Source: Dipteris shenzhenensis (taxonomy: Eukaryota). Taken from it: a stretch of DNA of 64,000 nt. The position numbers were made by a program, and so were the translations under genes. Numbering within the stretch: position 1 is the first letter of the stretch; the number at the start of each line of letters is the position of its first letter. This document shows positions 29,980-43,199 of this stretch, piece by piece. The DNA lies in NCBI GenBank assembly GCA_047967505.1, contig CM106538.1; one strand, given 5' to 3'. The notes beneath the pieces were generated by a model. It did not search any database and was not told where the DNA came from. It worked only from the letters and a program-made list of their open reading frames with translations.

Positions 29980-32470
29980 GAGCACCTTGGACCACTGGTG
30001 GTTACCAAGAGGGTGGGGCATTGAGCATATCTAACAAAGGGGGCTCTTCCATTGCGCTTATAGCGTCAACATGGGTGGTTACTCTACTTACCCTATTTCC
30101 CTAGTTGGAGAAGAACTCATGGGTGGTGAGCAATCATGGCACCTACGTAGGACAGCCAATGAAGATCTGATTTTATCCTTACAGTTCCCTTGCTTACCTC
30201 TCGGGGTTGAGTATGTTAAACATTCTTAGAGGAACGACCAGGGTCAGACCCTTGAGATCTAGGGTCGTGATTTGAAACCCTACTCTTTCTGGGACATCTA
30301 TATTGGCTAAGATGTGCATCCAATTCTGCGAGAATTCTGGCTCAAGGAGAGGTTCATACCAGAAGTCGTGAGACTCCTTCTCATCCTCTTCCTTGTCACA
30401 GGGTTGGAATAGCTTTACAGAGGTGGTTCGGGCAGTGGTGGCAGACTTTGGGGCCTACACTGGTCTGTTCACCTCTAGGATTAGGGGTACCTCAAGGTCA
30501 TCCTGGGTGGAACACTGTTCAGAAGTAGAGGAGGTGGCAAGAGTAGTTGTCTCCTCATCAAAGCCGTCCTAGATGAGCACCTGGTCGGAGCCGTCACCTA
30601 CTCGAATGGTTTTCTTAGCTCAGCTCAGAGGATGTGGGGGAATCTCGGGGCCGGGCAACGGGGATCCCTTACCCTTCCTTTTGAACTTCCTCATTGCCTT
30701 GCCTAATGCCTTGGCTTACCTCCTTGTAATGACTTGTAGTGGCACTGCGGCCACATACCCCTGTTTGATGCTAAGCAGATTGAGGCCAATGCTCTTTGGC
30801 GGGATGATTGGGGTGGTCGGTCTCCTCATTGGATAGTCCTGGAATAGATGCTCCATTCCACATCCTACACACAAGGGGGTGGGGTTGTCGGGTGGTGGGG
30901 GTATGATCCTTGTATGGATAATCCTTTAAGAAGTGTGGGCCCTGGCATTTGAAACAGGACACCGAAGGGTTTGAAGTAACTTGGTAGGGGAATTCACTTG
31001 CTTTATGGGGACCCTGGCAGGTGTAACATTGGAGCGGGGGTCTTCAGTCAATTGAGTTTAGATCTCTCCTCCTTGGGTTTACAGGGGCAGTTTGGAATAC
31101 AGGGACCTATTGATCCTCTGGCGGGAGGTAGTGGATTAGGGTACCACTTCCTCCCTGTAGGGGTAGCAATCATGAGGTCTGTGATCAGGATCCGTCTCCT
31201 CCCAGCCATTGGGCAATTCTTCAACCAACACTTGATTGACTGGGGCTATATGAGGTAGCACGGTCTACGGACCCAATATGGGTGGTGGTAGCAGAGTTGG
31301 CTGAGTCTTGTACTAGCTAGAGCTAGCCACGGGGCCACCTTGAGAGATCTAGGGGTTAGATGGGGCCATTAGGGCTAATGGGGGTCTCATTTGATACATG
31401 GGTTAGGGAAGGGACCTCGAAAATTAACATTGGGAGGTATCATGATTTCCCCACCTATGGTAGTGTGTGTAGTAGAGTGCCAGCCTTGCCCTTAGGTGCG
31501 AGCACTCATTGGAGGGGTGGTTGCCATTGCATATCCCACACTAGACATTGTCTCTCCATGGAAACAAGTGGGGGTTTCTCAGCACCTCCTTGGAGGTTCT
31601 TGTCCTCCATTGCTGGCCTAGCTGATCCAATAGATTGGAGGCCAACTCACTCATATCCAAGCCTTTGGGTTCATTGGCCTCCTTCTTGATCGACTCTACA
31701 CTCAACGACCTAACCGATGGAGCTATTTTTGAGGGAGACGGGGCTTTATCCGAATTCACCTTGTCCATCATGTTGTCACATATATGGATGGCCACCTTGC
31801 TGCATGGATCAAAGGAGGTAGGGTTCATCACCATGAGGTGGTCATGTAGCTTCAGGTTTTCCAATCCAATAAGGAAGTGAGGCAACAGTCATTTGTCGCT
31901 CATCCACTCGTATGGTTCACAGCAGGCATTGAGGTGCTTGATCCTAACAATGTAATCCCTCAAGGATTCCTTATCATTACATTTTATACCATACAATTGG
32001 TTGATTAGGCTCCATTTATGATCGTTGGGGCAAACCCCACAATAAAGGCCTTTCTCAATGTCTCCCAGTTGATCTTTTCTTCTGGGGTGAAAGCCCCATA
32101 CCATTGGCCTACCTTGCCATCCAGGCTGAGGCCAAACGCATTCGCCATCTCTAGGTCTCTCGGAGCACCAAAGGCTTCACAAATCTATTCAAACCACTCC
32201 ACGTGGGAGAGCGGGTCTCCTCCTAGAAACTTGGTCATTAGCTTGGCAATGGCTATGGGATGGCTCCTCGAGGGATTCACAATCCTTGCAAGAAACACTA
32301 GGGTGGGTGGAGGTGGTGTTGCCCTTCCTAGGGTGTTCACCAAGATACGCATTACCTCATCAGTCAACACCGTTTGAGCAGCTAGCAGAGGTGTTGTTGT
32401 GGGCTTGATGGGGTGTAGGGCTAGCCTTAAGCATGGCCTAGGTGGTGGTCCCCACATCATTGCTGGTATC
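29980..32470 (-). mobile_element. Decayed Ty3/Gypsy gag region with zinc knuckles
   Basis: KFLGGDPLSHVEWFE, ESLRDYIVRIKHL, FLIGLEN.KL, CFKCQGPHFLKD and CVGCGMEHLFQD. A likely N-terminal continuation lies at ~34020-34530. Confidence 0.65.
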
Positions 32471-34020
32471 GAATCTGGCTTTGTACTTTTCCAAAGTGCC
32501 ATCGGCCTTGTACTTTACCTTCCAAACCCACTTGGTGCTAATAACCTTTCTATTAGGTGGTTGATCTACCAGATCCCAAGTTTCATTCTTCATGATGCTA
32601 TCATATTCTACTTGCATAGCGTTTTTCTAATCTTGGTCTACAAGTGCTTCCTCCAAACTCGCAAGCTCCTTTACTTCTGCAATAATCTCAGCCATCAAGG
32701 CCATATTGACCATGTGAGCAGAAGCCCTCCTTTGCTCCTCAATTCTCTGAGACCACCTTGGTCCATCTGCATGCTGCTCAACAGACATAGGCATCTGGTT
32801 ATCATGGTTGTAGAACTGCCTTACCCATCGTGGCAATGGCTTTTCTGGTGGTGTAACAACAGGTTGGTGACTTATACCTTCATCATCTGATATTTCCTCC
32901 TCCTGTATAGCTCTTGGGACAGGTCTATAGTGAATTACCTCTTTGCTTGACGATAAAGTGGAAGAGCTCTTCTCTACCTCCACTGCATGTGGCTGCTCCC
33001 TAAACACCACATCGTGGCTCGCTATGATCTTCTTTGCCTCTTGGTCATATAACTTATAGGCTTTCTTCTCATCACAATAGCCTAAGAAGATACATTTGGT
33101 GCTTTTTGGTTGTAGCTTGTTTCTCTCTTTGTCAGGTACATGCGCATAACATGCGCATAGCATTCACACCCAAACATTCTAAAGTAGGAGACAGATGGCT
33201 TTTTACCGCTATAAGCCAATGTGGTGTTTTACCTTTGAGGACCTTTCTATAGCTGCTGCGATTAAGGATGTAAACCACAGTATTGACAACCTTAGCCCAA
33301 AAGTGGTTTGGCAATCCAACACCTTTCAACATACACCTCCCCATCTCCACAATGGTCCACATTCAATGTTCAACAACCAAATTTTGCTGAGGCATAAGTG
33401 GTGTCGTCGTTTGTCGCTTGATCCTTTGCTCTTGCAAAAAACTCCAAACTCTGTAGAAACAAACTCACCACCACCATCCAATCTGATTTTCTTCACTTTT
33501 CTCCCTATTTCATTTTCAAGAAGCTATAGCCATTCTTTCAATTTACCAAAAGCTTGAGCCTTTTCGCAAAGAAAGTACACCCACATCTTCCTACTATAGT
33601 CATCAACAATCAATAAAAAATAGGAAGATCACCCAAAGGCCTGTGTAGGCATCTTACTGCACAAGTCAACATGCACCAACTCTAGAGGAGCATACCAACT
33701 CTAGAGGAGCATTTTCTCTATTCTTGCTTTCTTATGGGGATGCCTTTCTCTGATTTTGCCCATCATGCAAGCTTCACATGGTTGTTTGATTTCTGTGAGA
33801 CTGCAGGTAAGTGAGCAACCATACCTTGCTTCTACATCTCCTTCAACACTGCAAATCTAATGTGGCCGAATATTTCATGCCAAATTCTACTTGTGCCCAC
33901 TCCAGTGGTGGCTGTAAGAGCACTTAGCTCATACAAGTTGTTCTTCCTTACTCCTGTGCCAACAAGATTGCCTACACTATCCATAATTTTTGCTCCTGTC
34001 TTGTTGAACCTCACCTCATG
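32470..34020 (-). mobile_element. Internal Ty1/Copia fragment (pre-integrase, INT, start of RT) embedded in gag-like sequence
   Basis: WHEIFGHI, GLPNHFWAKVVNTVVYILNRS, YAHVPDKERNKLQPKSTKCIFLGY, and DGTLEKYKARF at its end. Related to the 39349-43190 element. Confidence 0.88.
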
Positions 34021-35249
34021 GCATTGGAATGGAGGTGCCAAGGCGTGCATTCATTGGTGCAACTAGTATAGATGGGATGAGACGACCCCCGGAGGAGGTG
34101 GGTCATGGGGCATGGGAACATTAGTTCCATGCAGCGGGCTGTAGGGTGGAAATTGTGGTGCCCCATAGTTGACAAAGGTTGGTGGCACCAGGGCTGTTAG
34201 AGGTTCATAAGACACCACCTTGGAAGTTCCTGGTATCCCCTCGACCGAGGTCTTGCATTCGGAATTCCCTCATCCATGGATCTTCATCATCCATGTTTTC
34301 CCACTGGGAAGGTCGGGCATAGGCGGAGGGTCCCATATCAGCGAAGGTGGTCTCCCTCCTACGGACATGCTGACAAAGGGGTTCTCCATGTCCACGGTCT
34401 AAGTGGATGAACATGTTGGATAACGTACCTCTAAGCTTGGATGCAACCGAGGGTGTAGAAGAGTTGGGAGAGGCTACACTTGTGAATGGAGCTTCCAATG
34501 CCCTTGGACCCGAGGGGTCTTGCATTACTTCTTCTAGACTCTCAGTTTTGTTAGCACTATATAGAGTTTCTAGTCGAGGACCTACTAATGAGTGGAGGCT
34601 CAGGATTGAGCTTCAAAGGTAGCATCCAACAAGAAGGTCCGAGAAAAGCATTACATCACATCGAGCATTGGAAGGAGAAAGAACTTCCCAAATCCCAATT
34701 GCAAGGTGCAAGGTTTCAGCAAGCATGATCAGGGGTATTGTCGATTTTTGATGCTGTACTGTAGCTTTTCTGAACATACGTGCACTTTTAGCAACCTTGA
34801 GTTTCACAAACGAAGATTAGCACAATCAATAGTGAGCTAATTTCCTAGCAATCGATCATGAAAAATGTATGACCATGCTTTTAAATGAAACGTTTTGGTG
34901 AGCATGTTCATTGTGAGTTGCACATAGGGATGCACAAACAGAGCTTGCAGGCAAACGTACATGGCATCTAGTTGGAAAGAGTACCCCTACTTTTCTACTT
35001 GTCGCTTGTAGAGCATCGATTGTCTTGTGAGTCAAATGCACGAGCACTTGGAGAAGGCGGCAATATTGAGTATATTCCATGAAATGACAATCGAAATGCA
35101 GATCAATTTTCCAAGCAAGCTATTGGGGTACGTCATTTTTTCTCTTCAACAGAGAGGTGTGTCATTGAGTCATCGGGCGAAGAGATCAATGCAAAAAACA
35201 AGAGAAATCTGACATTGTGAGCCTCTCTCTTCTCTTATTCCACCAGTGG

Positions 35250-36990
35250 AATAGGGGATTTGCTTTAGGGCCACTTGCCTCCTTCAAAGACGTTTAAAGC
35301 ATTTAATCTTTAGGGGATTTGCTTACTTTTCATGGATGTGCTAGGCATGGTCTCATTGTGTTGTGGGATTTGCATGGCTTGTTTTGCCAGAGGGCTCTTT
35401 GCTTTTTGAGCAGAAATGAGTTTTTACCATGCCGCTCTTTTTGTCGTCGTGTTATGATCAAGATTGGCTGTGATGCCACACTATGATTTTCCACACTTAT
35501 CATCCCTAGGGGTACTTCAAGTTTTACTTCCGTGGTTGGTTGAGGCTTTGTTCTTAGTGCGCAATCCATGCAGGCATGCCCAACTCCGCATTCCCTGCAC
35601 AAAGGTTGGAATGAAATGGGGTTACCCTTGTGTGGGCATTCTGCTATGCGATGGTTTTCTCCACAACCAAAACACTTTTGATGGGTGTTCGATATGCGGT
35701 GGGTCTTACTTGGTTTGCATACACCGGGATGAGTCCTTCAACACCATGCATGTAGTACATAGGGTATTCTATTTCATACTCATAGTGAGGCTCCAGCTCT
35801 TCAAGTTGGAGTTGTTGCATCAAAACTACTGGAGCAAGATTGGGAGCCCATGGATATTGCGGAAGATTGGGATTCCTCATTAGTTGAGGCACTTGTGTTC
35901 TCACCAGGAGTGGGTTGAGACATGGCACTTGTGCATTAGGTGCTAGTCCCGCTTGTTTATACCGCTTGTTTATACACTAGGATTTGCAGCGGCTGTTGGT
36001 ATTGTTGGGGCTGGGGTTGTGCTACCCTCATATTGTAGAAACAAGTATTTACATCATGCCCTGCAGCATTGCAAATGGGGCACCATAAGCATGGGGGCTG
36101 AGCCACTTCTAGTGGGTTTAGTCTGTTTCTTAAGATTGGGCATTCATTGGCTGTATGGTTGGCCATACAGTGTGGACACCAAACATTTTCTCTCTGTGGG
36201 CACTGTGGTGGCTGAGAGACATGTAGCTTTTGCTCAATGGCTTGCATCATTTCATCTTTTACTCTTAGGGCCATGGCTTCCACTCTGTCCTTGATGGCGC
36301 AATCTTTGTTGGAAGTGCTTCCCTTCTTTGAAGATTTCCTATCACGTTGACTTGATTTATAGCCATCAACGTCGCTGTCAGAATCTATCATGCTATCCTC
36401 AATGTCAATTGCAGCTTCATGAGCATCGCTAAAATGTGCATAGCTGTTGACTTTTTTCAGGTCCTTTTGCGAATGGATTTTTTTAGGCTAGAGATGAACC
36501 ATGCTATGAGGTACTTGTCATGGATCACATTTTGCTATTAATCTTTTCATTCTTCCCATGTATGTTTTGACCTTTTCTTTCTTGCACATATCTATATTGT
36601 CGAGTTGTAATGCGGGGTCATCTTGCAACCTTTCTATTTGGAATCTTCTTCTGAATTGGTCAAATAGAAGTGCCCATGTGACTCTCTCATCTACAAGAAG
36701 GTTGAGGTACCATTTCGAAGCCTCATCGGTTAGGGCAATCGAGAACCAAGCGGCTTTGGTTTCATTTGACTAGTCACCTCCAGCACAACATGCTGCATCA
36801 AAGAGTTAAAGGAACCTAGCGAGGTCCCCTCATCCATTGTACTTTGGCATTTCTAATTTACCAAAGTGTCATCTGCTATTGTTGTTGTTGTTGTTATTGT
36901 GGTTACGTCATTCTTTAAGGTGTTTTGAAGGACTTTGATCGTTGCTACTTATTGCTTCTTCAATTGTGATTTCCTCCATGCTGCTTGTTG
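35250..36990 (-). mobile_element. Decayed Ty3/Gypsy gag with three Cys/His knuckles
   Basis: CPHCMANHTANEC, CPICNAAGHDVNTC, CRECGVGHACMDC and an ITRRQ motif; gag-core remnants at ~36500-36860. Confidence 0.7.
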
Positions 36991-39048
36991 ATGGTGAGAG
37001 GTTGAATTCTTGAAGAGCATTGAGGGCCAAAGAAATCTCACAAAAGTATGCAGGGGCTAGTCTTCATCTAGATATGAGGTGCATAAACAAGTCTTATTTG
37101 TGACTTTCAGGTGGGTGCATATGACTGCAAAGTTTGATTATGATTTCAAACTTTGTGGACCTGAAAATGGTCAAAAATAAGCAAGTGGCAAGTCAAAATT
37201 AGTGCCTACCTGAGGCAACTACTGGAGCCCAAAATTTATTGTTAAACACTTTGAAAAACTTCCTTTATAATAGATCTTTACATGCATGAAATCTGGGTTC
37301 AATCCGGGTGCAATTTGGTCTTTAAACGGTCGTGAAATGCCAAAAGGAAATTTGAGCATAGAATCAAGGTCAACAAAGGGTTGGATACCATCCACCCTGA
37401 CCACTTGACCACTCATATGGGAGTGAAGGCAATTAGGGTGCCAAAGAGAGTGGAAGAAGAGGAACCACCCAACTTTCATAACTCAACGGTTTTGGATTTG
37501 ATGCTACGGATGTTTCAAGAGGATCGAATGCTACAGAACCTAAGGGAGGAGGAAGACATCTATAGCTTTGAGGAGCCACTATCGGTGGGAAGAGAGACCT
37601 CCTAGCAACCATGTGATATTGCTGGGTTAGCGGCCTTCCTCTCCATAGAGGTCAAGATGCCAATTGCATCCTTGTTAAGGGGGATACCCTGTGGCCATAC
37701 CTCTCAAGCTAGATGAATAGGGAAATCCTAGCCCAAGGTCCTATCAACCCCGAAGACAACCAACCACAAGAGGAGGGCTCAAACCTACCTAAGGTTCCCA
37801 TCAATAAATTACACCAATACTTCAAAGGTGATGACACTAATGCAGCTATCCCCATGTGTAGTCTCAACGGTGACTCACATGTTGTGGGGATCTTGAAGGA
37901 ATGCTAATGGATCCTCCACTCCAAGCTACTCCTTGTAAGGGCAATGCAAAGCATGAGCCATCCGCATGTGTTACTCAAGCGGCTCCCGGATTGTTGCAAT
38001 GTGTTTCCATGAGAGAAAGAGGGAAGGGGGAGAAGGTGGAGGAGTGAAGGGGAATGGAGTGGCAAACACGAGGGCACTACAAAGGCAACAAGAGAACACC
38101 CAAAGACACTCTTGTATTCCAAACTTGGGCATACAACAATGGAGACCAAAGTCAACCATTTGGCCTTTTATACAAGTCACCTTTTGAAGGGAGGGCCAAC
38201 CCTTTTCCTTTTTGCACTCTCCCTCTCTTTACATTCACAAGCTCTTGGGCCCATAGGGTGACAAGGCATCTTCTCTATCCTTTGCTTCCCTCTTTCTATT
38301 GTAGATCCTATTGTTACACTTCTTCGTGTGTCAAAAATAGCACTTGTGTTAACCATATAAGAGCACTTGGGACAATCCATGCATTAGGAGGTGCTCCTAC
38401 CCAAGGCCCAAATAGCGCTTGTGTTAGCCTCACCCCTCCGGGTCCTAAGCCATTTGAGGCTCAAAACCTAGATTAGCAAGGTCGGTCTTGATCCACCATT
38501 TGGGGCTCAAAACCCATAAAGCCTATAATTGAAAACCCGTAGGGCTTGCAATTATGCTACATCCATGGATGTGGCCATTAAGGTAAATCATGAAGCCTAA
38601 TGACTCATTACCATGCATTTTGTGACTATATCATGCATTCTAGGGCTGTGGTTGTTAACATGCTCCCCTTTTTATTACTGAGCCACCTGACCGTGCTCGA
38701 GGAGGTGGGTGGAGAGGACAAATCTAGAGGACTGCATAGCGGTCTAATTGGCAGGGGGTGATCCGGGTGAAGTACAAGCAGAATTTTCAGAAGTGGGTGG
38801 CATGCATGTCCTCGTACATGCAAATGTGATGGCCATGGAGATTGTGGACTCGAAGGTAGAGGCAGAGGTTTTGGAACTACAAGGGGATGATGTCGAGGTT
38901 GAAGACAATTTTGTTGTTGAGATTATGGAGGTTGTCGCCAATCGGCCAACTATGGGCGGGGAGATCACGAGTCCCTCCAGGAGAAGTTGGATAGAACAAA
39001 CATGGTATATGAAGAGATTCTCCAAAACTACTCCCAACTACAGCAGGT

Positions 39049-39059
39049 ATATATACATA

Positions 39060-39133
<74 letters not shown>

Positions 39134-39262
39134 TGTGTGTGTGTGTGTACATAAATATATATCTATATATATATATATATACATATATGTGTGTGTGTGT
39201 GTGTGTGTGTATATACACACACACACATATATATATACACATACATATATACATACATATAC

Positions 39263-39347
<85 letters not shown>
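39049..39347. repeat. Compound (TA)/(TATG)/(TG)/(CA) microsatellite of about 300 bp
   Basis: Directly visible; it produces the spurious YIYI/CVCV ORFs. Confidence 0.97.
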
Positions 39348-39348
39348 T

Positions 39349-42300
39349 TGTTAGATATCAATGCTCCACTCTCATGTAACTACGCAGGAACTAGCTAACT
39401 CTACTTGTAAGCCCCCCATATGAGGAGAAGGCATTTGAGTAGCTCAGTTATCCAGTAGGTCCTGGTTTGGACACCAGATGGGGGCCATGTGTGGCCTGAT
39501 GGCTGGACGGCTTTAGATACAGTCGGCACACCACCAACTAGGCTACATGTAAGTGCAGGAAGGCATCCCTTGACTGACCGCACTTAGGGTAGATGGAGCA
39601 ATTCTCGGGGCAGCCCACTCTCCAGTTGCGGGGCCCGTTTGGAGCCTCAGATGATCCTGGATGGCTCTGGGCCGCCGAACAGAGACCGTAGGTTAGTTGC
39701 TCTGTTTTGCACATCGGTTCTATTGTATGGTTAGTGGCCGTTTTGGGCAGACTGGTCAACCAATTGAGCCTAACCGACTATGATTGGTGGCTATATAAGA
39801 GCAAGCCCGTGAAGCCCATTTCATCACTGGCTATAGCAACCCTGATTCCTTAGCATCCAGCCTTCGTCTTCTACTGTTTCCAGCATGCCATCAAAGCTTC
39901 TTTCACAGGAGTGCATGGTTGGGAGGCAGCGCCATCTATTGTATCAGTTCTACAGTAACCAAATTTTTTATTCTCCATACTATCTTGTTCTCTCTTGCGT
40001 ACGAGATCCTGTTATCTGTTTAGCACAGACATTGTATTATTTTCTTACATGGTATCAGAGCCTCGACTCTAGCAAGAAGATTTGGTAGTGTGTTTTCTAT
40101 TTGCGAGCAGATTGTGAGAGATGGCCCAGCCCGCAAGACTGTGAATCCCACCATTCGGCGAAAGCGAAAAGTTTGACGGCTCCAACTATCCACTCTAGAA
40201 GTTCAAGATGAAGACCATCCTAAGCGCATACGAGCTTTGGGACACTGCTACTAGGTGGACATGAGGCCGATTGCGAGACCGAATCCAGCCAATGCAGGAC
40301 AATACATAGTACCAATTGTGGATGAGATTCTCGCGTGGACAAGAAGAAATGCAGATGCACTGTGTTCTATTGTCTGCAGTGATTCCATCATGGCATTAAT
40401 TCAACATGTCACCACAGTGGAGGAGGCATGGACGGTCTTGAAAAATCAGTACGAGACCACGAATCAGATGCGAATTTAGAATCTGGCGACTCAACTCGCA
40501 AACGAGAAGTTATCTAAGTCTAAAGCGATAGAGAAGTTCATCACCAAGGTGAAGAATCTGCTCGATCAGATGACTGCGATTGGCATCACCATCACCAGCG
40601 AGAATCTAGCACGAAGGTGCATACGGATTCTCCCACCAAAGGACGACGGCCTTGTTATGGCACTGAATATGCAGAACAAAAATCCACCCAACTTTGAGGA
40701 TTTTAGCGCGATGCTTCTGGAGAAGATTCGGCTTTTTGGACCGGATCAAAGAAAGGTAAGGGTAAGGACTCTGGTAACCCATCTTCTTCTGATGATAAAA
40801 AGAGAAAGACGAAGATCAAGTGCTTCTATCGCAACAAGGCTGGGCACAAGCAGAATGAGTGCCGAAAGAAGATTGCAGATGAGAACGGAGTAAAGAAAGA
40901 GTCCAGCAACAGCATCATGCAGGCAGTACCTGTAGAGCTGAATTGAGGAGATTTGCATGGAGGCAGTTCATGTACCTACAAATGAATCGTGGATCATTGA
41001 TAGTGGTGCATTGTGCCACATGACCAGTCGGAAGGATTGGTATACCTCTCTATAGGTAGTAGGGAATGACATCCTGGTAGCAGTCGACAATGATGCAAAA
41101 TGTCCAGCAAAAGGAAAAGGTACGATTGCTCTCAAGTCAGATGGAGTTGTAAAATAGTTATCCGATGTTCTTTATGTGCCAGATATCAAGAGGAACTTGT
41201 CAATTTCCATGATCATGGATCAGGGCCTCAAAGTTCAATTCGATAAGAATGGTGCACAAATTTTGGATCTTCAAGGGAAGGTCATTGGTAAAGGTACATG
41301 GCGCAACAACATTTACGAACTCTCAGCTTTCAATGCTCGACCGGATGTGAAGAACACTAAGGGTAAGGACTCTGGTAACCCATCTTCTGATGATGATAAA
41401 AAGAGAAAGAAGAAGATCAAGTGCTTCTATTGCAACAAGGCAGTGCACAAGCAGAACTTAGTGCCGAAAGAAGATTGCAGATGAGAAGAACGGAGTAAAG
41501 AAAAAGTCCAGCAATAGTGCACAGGCAGCACCAGTAGAGCTGTTCATAGCAATTGAGGAGATTTGCACGGACGTAGTTCATGTACCTATGGATGAGAACC
41601 TTGGATCATTGACAGTGGTGCATCATGCCACATGACCACTCGGAAGGATTGGTATACCTCTCTACAGCCGGTAGGGAATGACATCCTGGTAGCAGTCGGC
41701 AATGATGCAAAATGTCCAGCAAAAGGAAAAGGTACGATTGCTCTCAAGTCAGATGGAGTTATAAAACAGTTGTTCGATGTTCTTTATGTGCCAGATATCA
41801 AGAGGAACTTGTCCATTTCTGCGATCATGGATCGGGACCTCAAAGTTCAATTTGATAAGAATGGTGCACAGATCCTGGATCTTCAAGGAAAGGTCGTTGG
41901 GTACACGGTGCAACAAGATCTACAAACTCTCAGCTTTCAGTGCTCGAGCCGATGTGAAGAACACTAAGCTGTGGCATGAGAGGTTTGGTCATCTAAACCT
42001 TAGTTCTTTGAAGGAGATGCATAAAAGTGGAATGATTGCAGACCTACCAGAAATTTTAGATCTGCCCGATGTATGTGAAGCTTGCATGATGGGCAAGCAG
42101 CATCGGCATCCCTTTCCTAATTAGGCCAGCAGGGCAAAGGCTCCTCTAGAGCTCATTCACATGGACCTCTGCGGAAAGATGGAGATGGAAGTTTTGGATG
42201 GTTCCTACTACTTCATGATTCTGATTGACGACTACAGTTGAAGGATACGGATATACTTCCTGAAGACTAAAGACGAGGCTTTTAGTAGGTTCGAGGAATG

Positions 42301-43190
42301 GCATGTAATGGTCGAGAAAGAAATGGGGAGGAAGGTGAAGAAGTTGAGATTAAACAAAGGTGGAGAGTTCACATCAACTGAATTCGAAAGTTACTTCAAA
42401 AGTCACGAAATCAAGAGGCAGAAACCCCTGCCACATACATCATAGCAAAATGGAGTAGCAGAACGCAAGATGCGCATCATCTATGAAATGGGCCGGAGTA
42501 TGATGAAAGGGAAAGATTTGCCAAAGACTTTCTTGGCTGAAGCATGTAACACTGCAGTTTACATCCTAAAATCGTAGCTACACGAAGGCTGTGAACGGGA
42601 TGACTCCACTGCAAGCCTTTTCTGGTAAGAAAACTTCAGCTGCACATTTCAGAGTTTTTGGATGTGACTGTTTTGTGCATGTCCCTGATGCTACCAGGAC
42701 CAGATGGGAATCGAAGAGCCAGAAGTGTATTTTCTTGGGCTACAGTGAAGAGGTGAAGGGTTACCATCTCTATAACCCTATTACCAAGAAGGTAATTGTA
42801 AGTCGCAATGTGGTCTTCTCAGAACAGCCGCATCAATTGGAGGAGGATGCTTCCTTCCCAGACAACCAGGACCAGGATATCCATCCAGTACCGCCACCAA
42901 TAGCAGACCGAACTCCCCCAACGGTGCTCGGGAGGATTCAAGACAAAGAAGATGAAGAAGAGCCTACAGAACCACAACGGCAATGGCCATTCCTAAAGTG
43001 GGTAAAGCAGCTTTTGGATGGTAGAGAACCTCCAGCCATTGAAAAGGAACCATCCGAACACCAGCGGTCCAAGAGATTAGAGGAGCAAAGAAGGGCACAA
43101 GAACACTTGGTCAACTATGCTTTGTTGACAGAAGTGATCTATGCTAATGAACCCAAGTGTCTTGAAGAGGCACATGGCAATGATAGGTGG
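39349..43190 (+). mobile_element. Ty1/Copia element, 3'-truncated: 5' LTR (39349-40049), PBS, gag, duplicated knuckle/PR, INT
   Basis: TGTTAG...TTACA followed by TGGTATCAGAGC. Motifs KFDGSNY, WIIDSGA, WHERFGHLN, CEACMMGKQ and KCIFLGYS. Ends at the RT start. Confidence 0.93.
40050..40061 (+). other. Primer-binding site (tRNA-iMet)
   Basis: TGGTATCAGAGC immediately after the LTR CA end. Confidence 0.95.
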
Positions 43191-43199
43191 AATGGTTTT

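Noticed and set aside
37370-39040. Scattered ORFs (37381-37907, 38748-39040)
   Set aside because: Probably decayed retroelement sequence, but no diagnostic motif supports a call.
38748-39398. ORFs with YIYI/CVCV/HTHT runs (also ERERER/LSLSLS ORFs at 8.5, 16.3, 22.2 and 25.4 kb)
   Set aside because: Translations of microsatellites, not proteins.
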